Below, piece by piece: positions 24,864-33,707 of a stretch of DNA of 33,707 nt. The first letter of the stretch is position 1, and each line of letters opens with the position of its first letter. The notes under the pieces are model-generated. The model saw only the letters and a list, made by a program, of their open reading frames with translations. It had not been told where the DNA came from and ran no database searches. Position numbers and translations under genes: made by a program. The stretch is from Acidiferrobacterales bacterium (GTDB lineage: Bacteria > Pseudomonadota > Gammaproteobacteria > Acidiferrobacterales > Sulfurifustaceae), in assembly GCA_015492195.1 (NCBI GenBank), contig WGFP01000001.1:1-33707 (forward strand), written 5' to 3'.

Positions 24864-26366
24864 CTAGATGACCGGCACGTCGATGTCGGTCTTCGGCACG
24901 TAGTCTTCCATCAGCGGAAAAGCGCTCAAATCCTTGGCAATGGCCGCGCGCAGAAACGAGTCGACCCACCAGAAGATGTTGTATTTGCTGATGGAACGCC
25001 GCATTCGGCGCATGCGCCCCTGTCGTTCCGCTTTGTCCATGACAAAGGCCTGATAGATGGCGTCCGCCACGCCCTCGATGTCGTAGGGATTCACCAGAAG
25101 CGCGCCGTTTTGCAGCTGCGCCGCCGCACCCGCGAATTCGCTTAGAATCAGCACGTTTTCCTCCTTGATGCTGGAGGCGCAATATTCCTTGGCCACCAGG
25201 TTCATCCCGTCTTTTAGAGGGGTGACCAGCGCGATTTCGCAGGCCCGGTAATAAGCCAGCAACTCGACACGCGTCAGGTTGCGGAACATATAGTGGATGG
25301 GCACCCATCTGCCGAATTTGGTGAATTCGCCGTTGATGTGGCCCACCATTTGTTCGATGGTGGTTCTGAGATCGTGATATTTGGGGATATCTTCCCGGCT
25401 CGGTACCACGATCTGAATAAGCGTGATCCGCCGGTGCAGTTCGGGGTAGCGTACCAGGGCGTTTCTGAACGCCTCCAGACGATTGGGGATGCCCTTGGTG
25501 TAATCCAGGCGGTCCACGCCCAGAATGAGCTGGCGGTCCGGCAAAACCCCGTGGAGTTGCCTGACCTTTTCAATGACCTCTGCGCCGGTCGCCTCTTCGA
25601 TAAACGTGTTGTAATCGATGCTGATGGAAAAGGCGCCGATTCTCACCTCGCGATCCCCGACATTGGCCGTGAGCACCTGGCCCTTGCCCTGCACCGTGAC
25701 GTGCTTGACCATGGCCCGGATACATTGCACGAAGTTGCGCCGGTCGCGCAGCGTCTGGAACCCGATCAGGTCGTAGTCCAGTAAGGCGTGCAGCAATTCA
25801 AACCGCCAGGGGAGTTTGAGAAAGATGTCCAGGGAGGGGAAGGGGATGTGCAGGAAAAAACCGATTCTTGAGCGGACGCCCAAATGGCGCAGTTCCGTCG
25901 CCACGTTCATCAGGTGGTAGTCGTGCACCCATATGAAGTCGTTTTCCTTGCTTTGCCGCGCAATGACCTGGGCATATTTGTGATTGACCTCCTTGTAAAC
26001 TTGCCAGTACGAAGGGTCGAAATTACAGTGCGACTGAAGATCATGGAACAGGGGCCAGATCACCTCATTTGAAAAACCCTGATAGAATTTGTGTACTTCG
26101 TCGTCGGTAAGCGCAACGGGTACCAGCGCGTAGCCGGCGTCGCGGTTGGAGTCCGCCAGCACCTGACTGATGTCGTCAATTTTATCCGTGGTTCCGGGCC
26201 AGCCGATCCAGATCCCGCCGCGGTCGCGCAATACCGGGAGCAGGGCGGTAACCAGGCCGCCTGATCCGGGGGTGATTTTCCACTGCTTGTCGCTTCCTTT
26301 CCTGACCACGAAAGGCAGACGGTTTGATACGACGATCAGGCGTTCTTTGGGTGTTTGCGAAATCAT
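24864..26366 (-). CDS. otsA: alpha,alpha-trehalose-phosphate synthase (GT20)
   Basis: [28 protein letters not shown] and [11 protein letters not shown] motifs typical of OtsA. Confidence 0.9.
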   Translation of the reverse strand: MISQTPKERLIVVSNRLPFVVRKGSDKQWKITPGSGGLVTALLPVLRDRGGIWIGWPGTTDKIDDISQVLADSNRDAGYALVPVALTDDEVHKFYQGFSNEVIWPLFHDLQSHCNFDPSYWQVYKEVNHKYAQVIARQSKENDFIWVHDYHLMNVATELRHLGVRSRIGFFLHIPFPSLDIFLKLPWRFELLHALLDYDLIGFQTLRDRRNFVQCIRAMVKHVTVQGKGQVLTANVGDREVRIGAFSISIDYNTFIEEATGAEVIEKVRQLHGVLPDRQLILGVDRLDYTKGIPNRLEAFRNALVRYPELHRRITLIQIVVPSREDIPKYHDLRTTIEQMVGHINGEFTKFGRWVPIHYMFRNLTRVELLAYYRACEIALVTPLKDGMNLVAKEYCASSIKEENVLILSEFAGAAAQLQNGALLVNPYDIEGVADAIYQAFVMDKAERQGRMRRMRRSISKYNIFWWVDSFLRAAIAKDLSAFPLMEDYVPKTDIDVPVI

Positions 26367-26410
26367 TTTTTGACCCCTTGATATCCCTTTCCGGCGCCTT
26401 TCGATGCCTC

Positions 26411-27463
26411 CTAGGATTCCTTGTGGATATATATGCTTTGAGTCGGATAGGCGAATTCAATTCCTTCTTCCTGGAAGCGACGGAAAATGGCGAGATTGAT
26501 CGCCTGCTGGGTGTCCATGTAGGCGTTGTAGTCCGGGACACGCACGTAGTAGACGATCTCGAAAATCAGGGCAAAGTCGCCGTATTCCTTGAAATGCGCC
26601 CGGTCAAATCTGGCCCTGTCTTGGGATTCGATTATCTCACGGATGTACGACTGGATTCGAGTCAGCTTTTCCAGCGGCGTCTGATAGGTGACGCCCAGGC
26701 TGAAAACCACGCGGCGCTCGTACATCCGTTTGTAATTACGGATGCGGCTGTTCAGGATATCCGTATTGGAAAAAACAATCTGCTCTCCGCTGAGGCTGCG
26801 GATTCGCGTGGTCTTGATCCCGATATATTCCACCGTCCCCATTTTGTCATCCACGATGATGAAGTCGCCGATGAGAAAAGGTTTATCCAATACGATGGAC
26901 AGGGACGCGAACAGATCGCCCAGAATATTTTGCGCGGCCAGCGCCACGGCGATACCGCCTATGCCAAGCCCCGCTATCAGCGCGGTGATATCAAAGCCCA
27001 GATTATCCAGTGCGAGCAGGACGATAATGGACCAAAGTGCCACCCGGCTGATAAAGCCGAGGACGTATAGCGTGGTTACTTTGGCGGCATCCTGCTCCGT
27101 TTTCTTTCCCAACTTAAAGGAGAGCCAGAAGGCGATCAGGCGATTACCCCAGATCGCCGTTTGCAAGAGCAAGGCGATGATCGTCACATTCTTGATCAGG
27201 TCTTCCAGCCCTTTCGGGAGGGTGAGTACCTGCGAGCCAAAGTACACTGCGAGCGGGATCAGTAAAATAATCTTTGTGCCGGTCAGTACCTCTGCGATAA
27301 GATCATCCAGCTTTGTCTCCGTTTTTTTGGCATACCCCGTCAAGCGATTAATGATTATCTTATTGAAGACCAGGAACGCTAAGGTGACGATAATCGTGAT
27401 CAGGAGGGCGATGCCCCACGCTTGTAACGTGTTGCCTAAAAACACGCTTTGTATGGTTATCAT
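26411..27463 (-). CDS. mechanosensitive ion channel, MscS family
   Basis: 350 aa. Several N-terminal TM helices, the pore-helix region GLGIGGIAVALAAQNILGDLFASL, and beta-domain GDFIIVDDKMGTVEYIGIKTTRIRS. Its ATG overlaps the otsB stop (ATGA). Confidence 0.85.
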   Translation of the reverse strand: MITIQSVFLGNTLQAWGIALLITIIVTLAFLVFNKIIINRLTGYAKKTETKLDDLIAEVLTGTKIILLIPLAVYFGSQVLTLPKGLEDLIKNVTIIALLLQTAIWGNRLIAFWLSFKLGKKTEQDAAKVTTLYVLGFISRVALWSIIVLLALDNLGFDITALIAGLGIGGIAVALAAQNILGDLFASLSIVLDKPFLIGDFIIVDDKMGTVEYIGIKTTRIRSLSGEQIVFSNTDILNSRIRNYKRMYERRVVFSLGVTYQTPLEKLTRIQSYIREIIESQDRARFDRAHFKEYGDFALIFEIVYYVRVPDYNAYMDTQQAINLAIFRRFQEEGIEFAYPTQSIYIHKES

Positions 27464-28257
27464 GTTATGTTCCCCGGTGTTTCGGCCCAGCGTGTGAGAA
27501 ATGCCAACAATTCATCCGGCGGTCGCAGCCACAGATCGGCCGCGGTCGGACGCAACTCGCTGCGTACAAGGACGCCGAGCCCTTTCCCCTTGATGGCGCG
27601 AAATGCGTCTTCATCCGTTAAATCATCCCCCAAATAAGCGATGACGGCATCCTTCCCCATCTCGGAACAGATTTTCTCCACCGCGTATCCTTTGTTTCTT
27701 CCGGCGATGCGGAGTTCGATACCGCCGTCGAACTCGTGGATGTTCAGCCCCGACTCTTGCCCCAGGAGCGCCCATTTTTCAAGCACCTTTGCACGGATCT
27801 TTTCAACCGCTCCCGGGTCCAGACCGCGCCAGTGGACGGCGAGGCACGCCGGTTTCTGTTCGACGCGCCCGCCCAGCGCGATGATCTCATCGCCCCAGGT
27901 GTCCGCCTCGGCCAGGTTTTGTAGGGCACGCTTGTCCATCTCGACCATTTCGCGTTCCCCACCCGGCAGTACACGTTCCCAGCCGTGGGAGCCCCAGATT
28001 TCCGGCAGTTTTTTGAGCTGAAGGAGCGGTATCAGGTCTTTGGTACTACGACCGCTGATTAATATCAACCGGGTTCCGCCCGTTTCTATAATATTGTCGA
28101 GAATCTCGCGAACCCCGGGATAGGGAACGGCCTTTTCCCGCTCAATGCGAAACGGGGCGAGCGTCCCATCGTAGTCCAGAAGCAGGGCGCGATTTACTTT
28201 TGTGCCCAGCTTCTGAAAGAAAGATGCAAGATCAAGCTCCTTTCTAAGTATTTTCAT
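27460..28257 (-). CDS. otsB: trehalose-6-phosphate phosphatase (HAD family)
   Basis: LLLDYDGTLAPF, LISGRS, GSHG, EQKPACLAVHWR and YLGDDLTDEDAF motifs of trehalose phosphatases. Confidence 0.85.
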   Translation of the reverse strand: MKILRKELDLASFFQKLGTKVNRALLLDYDGTLAPFRIEREKAVPYPGVREILDNIIETGGTRLILISGRSTKDLIPLLQLKKLPEIWGSHGWERVLPGGEREMVEMDKRALQNLAEADTWGDEIIALGGRVEQKPACLAVHWRGLDPGAVEKIRAKVLEKWALLGQESGLNIHEFDGGIELRIAGRNKGYAVEKICSEMGKDAVIAYLGDDLTDEDAFRAIKGKGLGVLVRSELRPTAADLWLRPPDELLAFLTRWAETPGNIT

Positions 28258-28271
28258 TCAGCCGGAAATGG

Positions 28272-29513
28272 TTATCCAAGTTCAATCCTTTCTTCACTGC
28301 CGTGCGTCAGTCCGACCATCAACGTCAGGTATTCCCGAAGCTGGCGGGTGATGAGAAAGTTCTCGCGCACGAATTCCCTGGCCTTGTGACCCATTTCTTC
28401 ACGCTTCTCCCGGTTCGTGTGCAGATAGCGGATACGCAGTGCCGCGCCTTCAGGCGAATTGACGAGGAAACCGGTGTGATGATTCACCAGTTGCAGCCGG
28501 ATCCCCCCCGTGTCCCCACCGATGACCGGTTTGCTTTTCCACATGGCCTCCGACACGGTGAGCCCAAAACCTTCTTTGATGGATTTTTGCAAAACAAAAC
28601 TCGCCGTCCGCTGCAAGGCATTAATGGTACGGTGTGCGTCCGGGGGCAGAGGCAGGATGTGAATGTCCGAATCATCTTTGGCCGCAAGGCGCACCTCGTT
28701 CAGAACGTCCTCTCCCTCGGGATCGTCGCCGGCGCCGCCGCCCGCCAAAACCAATTGCAGGGTAGGGATGAAGTTCTTGGCCAGTTGATAGGCTTGGATG
28801 ACGCCCAGCGGATCCTTGAAGCGGTCAAAACGCGACACCTGCAGCATCATCGGCCTTTCCCGATCCAGGCTGAAACGGTCGTATACGGAATTGATTTCGT
28901 CCTGATCGAGCTCCATGTTCTTTTCGCTCAGCGGATCAATGCTGGGTGGAATGAGATAAATAAGATGCGGCAGAGGCTGCGCGAAGGCGGAGAGGGAAAA
29001 GACGCTGGCATCGTAGTCCGCCACAAAGTGCCTCAAGTATTTCCACGCCTGTCGGTAGGGGTGGCTGACGTCGATATGGCAGCGCCATATCCATTTTCCT
29101 TTCCTGCCGGGACAGAGATTCAAAAGGGGCGCCGGTTGCGGGTCATGAATGAACACGATATCCGCATCCTCAAGCACCTCACGAAGTTCCTCGGCGTTTC
29201 TGGCGTTAATGTCTTCATAGACCTTCAGCAGGGTTTCCGGAATATTAACGGGATCTCCCTGTAGCGCGTTGTGAAAGTGTTTGGTGCATTGATAAAAATC
29301 CGCGCTTCCGGCAATAACCTCCCAGCGTGCATCCATGCCCAATTCCTTCATCAAAGGAACGAGAATCGTGAGTATTTCCGCCACCCCCCCACCGGCACGA
29401 GTCGAGTTGACATGCACCACCTTTTTGCCTTTCAGAGAAGCCGCAAGTTGCACGAGATGATTGATGACATCTTTGCCGGCTACGTCGGTATAGGCTTTAA
29501 GAAATCCCTTCAT
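28272..29513 (-). CDS. treT: trehalose glycosyltransferring synthase-like GT4 glycosyltransferase
   Basis: Extended similarity to archaeal TreT as I recall it: VHVNSTRAGGGVAEIL, FHNALQG, WRCHIDVS, PPSIDPLSEKN, VSRFDRFKDP, DDPEG, QKSIKEGFGLTVSEAMWK. Its ATG overlaps the upstream stop (ATGA). Confidence 0.72.
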   Translation of the reverse strand: MKGFLKAYTDVAGKDVINHLVQLAASLKGKKVVHVNSTRAGGGVAEILTILVPLMKELGMDARWEVIAGSADFYQCTKHFHNALQGDPVNIPETLLKVYEDINARNAEELREVLEDADIVFIHDPQPAPLLNLCPGRKGKWIWRCHIDVSHPYRQAWKYLRHFVADYDASVFSLSAFAQPLPHLIYLIPPSIDPLSEKNMELDQDEINSVYDRFSLDRERPMMLQVSRFDRFKDPLGVIQAYQLAKNFIPTLQLVLAGGGAGDDPEGEDVLNEVRLAAKDDSDIHILPLPPDAHRTINALQRTASFVLQKSIKEGFGLTVSEAMWKSKPVIGGDTGGIRLQLVNHHTGFLVNSPEGAALRIRYLHTNREKREEMGHKAREFVRENFLITRQLREYLTLMVGLTHGSEERIELG

Positions 29514-30184
29514 GCCTGTGCGCGCCCGAAGTGATGATTGAACAACAGTGAAAGCTGCTGACGCAGTTCCATGAGACCGGTGAAATAAGGGTCGATACCG
29601 GCGATATCGGCGCAGAGGTGTTTGTAGCCGTTGTCGAATTTTTCCAGCCAGGCGCGAAAATCATCCATGCCAAACGGCGGGCGCCGGCGGGCGTCGATGA
29701 AGTGGTAATAGATACTGCCTACTGAGAGTTGAGGCATAATTTCCGGAAGCTCTTCCGGTTTCTGAATGCGCCTGTTGGTGTCAAACACAACGGTCTGGGC
29801 GCGGATGAAATGAAACTGACGGTCGCGCTTGGCCCAGGGCAGGTATTCGGTTTCGTCCATTCTTTCTTCGAGGACGTCGATGATTTCCTGGCGCAGCGCC
29901 TCAAGGTCCTCGAAGTCCGCCGGATCGATGATGCCGAGGCGTTCCGCGAGCGTGATGTCGTGCAGTCCATGATGCGCCCAGGAGGCGAAATCGTTGTTGT
30001 ACTCCGGGTCATCGAAACGCGGACGTAACAGCCCGCCCCAGAAATGGTAGTAAACGGCGCCGGGATGGATGGTGAGCAGTTGTTCCCGAAGTTCTTTCAG
30101 GTTCTGGGCCCGCTTGCCGGTGGAGATGGCGGCCAGGGCGCAGTCTTTTACGGCAAAAGAACCAATTTTGGACTTTTTGGCCAT
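29510..30184 (-). CDS. conserved protein of unknown function (probably DUF5752 family), first gene of the trehalose operon
   Basis: 224-aa ORF with non-repetitive, protein-like composition. Translationally coupled to treT. The family assignment is from memory of DUF5752-type sequences next to TreT-like genes and is unverified. Confidence 0.65.
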   Translation of the reverse strand: MAKKSKIGSFAVKDCALAAISTGKRAQNLKELREQLLTIHPGAVYYHFWGGLLRPRFDDPEYNNDFASWAHHGLHDITLAERLGIIDPADFEDLEALRQEIIDVLEERMDETEYLPWAKRDRQFHFIRAQTVVFDTNRRIQKPEELPEIMPQLSVGSIYYHFIDARRRPPFGMDDFRAWLEKFDNGYKHLCADIAGIDPYFTGLMELRQQLSLLFNHHFGRAQA

Positions 30185-30467
30185 TACCTCGTTACCGACA
30201 ACGAATATGCCGCCCTGAGTTTTTGTTGGCGCAAAAACCTTTCAGCAACCTTCTAAGTAATGAATGGCGTTCGCAGATTACCGGTTGCCACACAGAAGCG
30301 CACATAAAATCATATGGTTAGGATAATCAAACTATATCATCCGCCACATGCCTTTGCCAGTTTATAGGGTAAGTAGGATGTGATTTCGGAAATCGAAATG
30401 GATGCACAGGGATGCTCGTTGTGGTTAAGGATTTGCTGGCTTAATGTTACGGTAAGAGACTTCCCGT

Positions 30468-31898
30468 ATGTTTAGAGTAACTTCCATTGTTTTTCTGACT
30501 GCGATTTATGTCGCGTCGCCGGTGCGCGCGGAAGACAGACCGCGCACCAGCCTCCCCGAGCCGGTTGCGCGGGCGCTCAAGTCCGCAGGTTTTTCAACCA
30601 GGGGTCTGAGCATTTACGTTCATGAAGTCGGACAGGAAAGGCCGCTGTTGACGGTGGCCGCGGACACGCCGCGCAATCCGGCGTCGACGATCAAGTTGCT
30701 CGCCACGCTGGTGGCGCTCGAGGAACTGGGGCCGGCCTATACCTGGAGAACCGAGGCCTATGCCGGCGGGCCGGTCCGCGACGGAAAGCTGGAGGGGGAT
30801 TTTTATCTTAAAGGGTACGGGGACCCATACTTGGTTATCGAACGCTTCTGGCATTTCCTGCGAACGTTGCGAAACGGCGGCCTCAATGAGATTGCCGGTG
30901 ACCTTGTCCTTGACCAGAGCTACTTTGCAAAGGAGGCGGCGGACCCGGCGGATTTTGACGGCCGACCGTTGCGCGCCTATAACGTATTGCCGCAGGCCCT
31001 GTTGGTCAATTTTCAAGCGGTGAATTTCAAGTTTCTGCCGGAGGCCGGTCGCGTGCGCATCATCGCCGATCCGCTTCCCGCGCATATGGAGATTGTGAAC
31101 CGGGTCAAGCTCAAATATAACCGCTGTCGTGGCTGGGCCAGGCGTCTGAAAATGCGTTTGAGAAACGCAGGCCAACAACAGCAAGTGATATTCAGCGGCA
31201 GGTATAACGCCGCATGCGGGAAAAACGAAATATTCCGCGTGGTTTCAGAACCGGCGCCGTATATTCACGGGGTTTTCAGGACACTCTGGACGGAGCAGGG
31301 GGCGTGGTTTAACGGCGGCGTGCGCGAAGGCACCGTTCCGTTTGATGCGGAGCTTCTGCACACGGGATATTCGCTGCCGCTTGCCGATATTGTTCGCGCC
31401 ATCAACAAATACAGTAATAACGTGATGACGCGGCAACTGCTGTTAACGCTTGGCGCCGAACGTCTGGCGCCGCCGGGGACGACAGACAAGGGTATACGCG
31501 TGGTGCGCGCCTGGCTTGACCGTCATGGCCTGAATTTTCCGGAACTGGTGCTCGATAACGGCGCCGGTCTTTCACGCAAAGAGCGGATTTCCGCGCGCCA
31601 TCTGGGGGAGTTGTTGCTTGCCGCCCATGAGAGTCCGTACATGCCGGAATTTATGTCATCGCTGCCGGTCTTCGCCGTGGACGGAACCCTGAGAAAACGC
31701 TTCGGCGGCGAGCTTGCCGGACGCGTGCACCTCAAGACGGGAACCATCGACAATGTCCGCGCCATGGCCGGCTACCTGCTCGACCGCCGGGGGCGACGCA
31801 TGGTGGTCGTCAGCCTGCACAATCGTTGGCGGGCCGATTCGCGCGCGGGCGAAATGGTGCAGGATGCGTTACTCAATTGGGTCTATCAACGTCCCTGA
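30468..31898 (+). CDS. dacB: D-alanyl-D-alanine carboxypeptidase/endopeptidase (PBP4, peptidase S13)
   Basis: Signal peptide. SxxK motif in NPASTIKLLATLVAL, YSNNVMT (SxN) and HLKTGTI (KTG) motifs of the PBP4 family. Confidence 0.85.
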   Translation: MFRVTSIVFLTAIYVASPVRAEDRPRTSLPEPVARALKSAGFSTRGLSIYVHEVGQERPLLTVAADTPRNPASTIKLLATLVALEELGPAYTWRTEAYAGGPVRDGKLEGDFYLKGYGDPYLVIERFWHFLRTLRNGGLNEIAGDLVLDQSYFAKEAADPADFDGRPLRAYNVLPQALLVNFQAVNFKFLPEAGRVRIIADPLPAHMEIVNRVKLKYNRCRGWARRLKMRLRNAGQQQQVIFSGRYNAACGKNEIFRVVSEPAPYIHGVFRTLWTEQGAWFNGGVREGTVPFDAELLHTGYSLPLADIVRAINKYSNNVMTRQLLLTLGAERLAPPGTTDKGIRVVRAWLDRHGLNFPELVLDNGAGLSRKERISARHLGELLLAAHESPYMPEFMSSLPVFAVDGTLRKRFGGELAGRVHLKTGTIDNVRAMAGYLLDRRGRRMVVVSLHNRWRADSRAGEMVQDALLNWVYQRP

Positions 31899-32001
31899 GC
31901 CCGTAAAAATGCGGCGTATCCCGGTCTTATGTGTCTTGAGGCTGGACAGTGCGGTCGGGATGGTCAATCCTTACATATTTGGTCGATAGGGTGGACGATT
32001 A

Positions 32002-33285
32002 ATGGGCAAGAAATACGTCAACGCGGCGCTCTCCGAAAGCCACGATAAGAACAGCATGCCCGTGCTGGAAGGAACAATGGGCCCGCACGCGGTGGACATT
32101 CAGGCGATGTACGAGCAGCATGGCTTGCTCGCCTTCGACCCGGGATTCCGCTCCACGGCATCCTGTAAGAGCGCCATTACCTTTGTCGACGGGGGCGCCG
32201 GTGTTCTGCTGTACCGCGGTTATCCCATCGATGAACTTGCGCAACACAGTAACTTTGTCGAAGTGGCCTATCTGTTGATGTTCGGCGAATTGCCGGATGA
32301 CAGCGAGTTAGCCAGGTTCCGGGCGTCCATTGAGCAGCACAATCTGCTGCACGAACAGGTGTTGAGCTTTTATCACGGATTCCGGCGTGATGCCCATCCC
32401 ATGGCGGTCATGGTCGGGGTGGTGGGGGCGCTGTCCGCCTTCTACCACGATATTATGGATATCCGCGATCCCCGTGACCGCATCAACGCGGCGATTCGCC
32501 TGATCGCCAAGATGCCGTCCATCGCCGCCGCCAGTTATACCTATAGTATCGGTCGGCCGCAGCGCTATCCCAATAATAATCTGGATTACGCGTCCAATTT
32601 TCTGCAAATGTTGTTCGGCGCCCCCAATAAAGAATACGAGGTCGACCCGATTCTGGCCAGGGCGCTTGACCGAATCCTGATTCTGCATGCCGATCACGAG
32701 CAAAACGCCTCGACCTCGACGGTGCGTATGGCGGCATCAAGCGGCGCCAATCCCTTCGCCTGCATCGCCGCCGGTATCGCCAGCCTCTGGGGCCCGGCGC
32801 ACGGCGGGGCGAATGAGGCGGTGCTCAAGATGCTTGTGGATATCGGTACACCGAAGAACATTCCGAAAGTAATCGCGCGCGCGAAGGACAAGAGCGATTC
32901 CTTCCGGTTAATGGGTTTCGGGCATCGCATTTATAAGAACTTTGATCCACGCTCCAAGGTGATCCAGCAGAGCGCGCGCGAAGTGCTGGCACATCTCGGG
33001 AAAGACGACCCCCTGCTTGATATCGCCATGCAGTTGGAAGAGATTGCTCTTAAGGACGAATATTTTATCGAGCGCAAGCTGTATCCAAACGTGGACTTCT
33101 ATTCCGGCATCCTGCTGCGGGCCATGGGTTTTCCGGTGAACATGTTCACGGCGGTGTTCGCCGTGGCGCGGACCGCCGGTTGGGCGAGCCACTGGTTGGA
33201 GTTGCAGGAAGAGAGCCACGGCATCGACCGGCCCCGGCAGTTGTATATCGGTAAAACCTTGCGCCACTACCCAAAGAAAAAATAG
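32002..33285 (+). CDS. gltA: type II citrate synthase
   Basis: 427 aa. [37 protein letters not shown] and [14 protein letters not shown] are canonical citrate synthase motifs. Confidence 0.95.
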   Translation: MGKKYVNAALSESHDKNSMPVLEGTMGPHAVDIQAMYEQHGLLAFDPGFRSTASCKSAITFVDGGAGVLLYRGYPIDELAQHSNFVEVAYLLMFGELPDDSELARFRASIEQHNLLHEQVLSFYHGFRRDAHPMAVMVGVVGALSAFYHDIMDIRDPRDRINAAIRLIAKMPSIAAASYTYSIGRPQRYPNNNLDYASNFLQMLFGAPNKEYEVDPILARALDRILILHADHEQNASTSTVRMAASSGANPFACIAAGIASLWGPAHGGANEAVLKMLVDIGTPKNIPKVIARAKDKSDSFRLMGFGHRIYKNFDPRSKVIQQSAREVLAHLGKDDPLLDIAMQLEEIALKDEYFIERKLYPNVDFYSGILLRAMGFPVNMFTAVFAVARTAGWASHWLELQEESHGIDRPRQLYIGKTLRHYPKKK

Positions 33286-33288
33286 TTG

Positions 33289-33696
33289 ATGACTAAATTC
33301 TTCTTACTTATTCTGCTGGCAGGGCTTGTTTCCGGTTGTGCGACGCACACCCTGACCTCGGGGCGCATCGTCCTGCAAGATGAGAACAGCGTCATTGACG
33401 TGAGCATCAGTGATCGCGACCGTACTCTGATCAGGGATTACTACAAAAAATACAAGAAGAAAAGAAAAGGACCGCCGCCGGGGCTTGCCAAGCGTCGCGG
33501 CAATCTTCCGCCGGGACTGGCCAAACGCGATACCCTGCCGCCCGGCCTACGGGGTGAGCCGCTTCCCCGCACGCTTGAAGAAAAGCTTTCGCCGCTGCCT
33601 TCCTCTTATGTTCGCGTGATAATTGGTCAGGACATTGTGTTGATGAACAAGAAAACGCGGGTGGTGTTCGACGTCATCTACAGCGTAGCGAATTAA
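33289..33696 (+). CDS. lipoprotein with PPGLAKR repeats (CigR-like)
   Basis: Lipobox LLAGLVSGC. Three LPPGL repeats (GPPPGLAKRRGNLPPGLAKRDTLPPGLRG). ATG 33289 is preferred over the TTG at 33286. Starts right after the gltA stop. Confidence 0.7.
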   Translation: MTKFFLLILLAGLVSGCATHTLTSGRIVLQDENSVIDVSISDRDRTLIRDYYKKYKKKRKGPPPGLAKRRGNLPPGLAKRDTLPPGLRGEPLPRTLEEKLSPLPSSYVRVIIGQDIVLMNKKTRVVFDVIYSVAN

Positions 33697-33707
33697 ATAC
33701 TAACATC

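Noticed and set aside
1-33707. CRISPR arrays, rRNA/tRNA genes, transposases, phage genes, classical defence genes
   Set aside because: I read both strands for regularly spaced repeats, cloverleaf-forming segments and DDE/HNH/integrase-like ORFs. I found none apart from the chromosomal xerD.

Overview
GC-rich bacterial chromosomal window. Gene content looks gammaproteobacterial (rpsP-rimM-trmD-rplS, xerD, rep, mlaA, dacB, gltA), but this taxon call is inference only. I support 34 protein-coding genes. I found no rRNA, tRNA, CRISPR array, transposase or integrase other than xerD. Left to right: a PP2C-phosphatase/kinase fusion cut by the window edge; a minus-strand operon of a Nas/Nap-like molybdopterin oxidoreductase, a fused 4Fe-4S plus DmsC-like membrane subunit, and mobA; a small membrane protein plus an RCK-gated K+ channel; a PEBP/YbhB protein; an AT-rich apparently non-coding gap; an FMN glutamate-synthase-family protein; mtnC; mlaA-unknown-tlpA-like; the ribosomal rpsP operon; a helical-repeat exported protein coupled to ogt and xerD; then a visibly lower-GC block (about 20.3-30.4 kb) holding a 2TM protein, a sensorless GGDEF-EAL protein, a Rep helicase with atypical motifs, and a five-gene trehalose operon (DUF5752-like, treT, otsB, MscS channel, otsA); finally dacB, gltA and a repeat-containing lipoprotein. 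Best candidates for something undescribed: (1) the molybdoenzyme operon, where neither the catalytic subunit nor its FeS/membrane-anchor fusion partner has an export signal, it is preceded by an exact sigma-54 -24/-12 element and an NtrC-type palindrome, and it is split by a roughly 390-nt hairpin-dense spacer; (2) the dual-pathway trehalose operon with an embedded MscS channel and a translationally coupled protein of unknown function; (3) the GGDEF-EAL plus 2TM pair next to a nested inverted-repeat element at the compositional boundary after xerD. All family assignments come from motif recognition by eye. No database searches were run.
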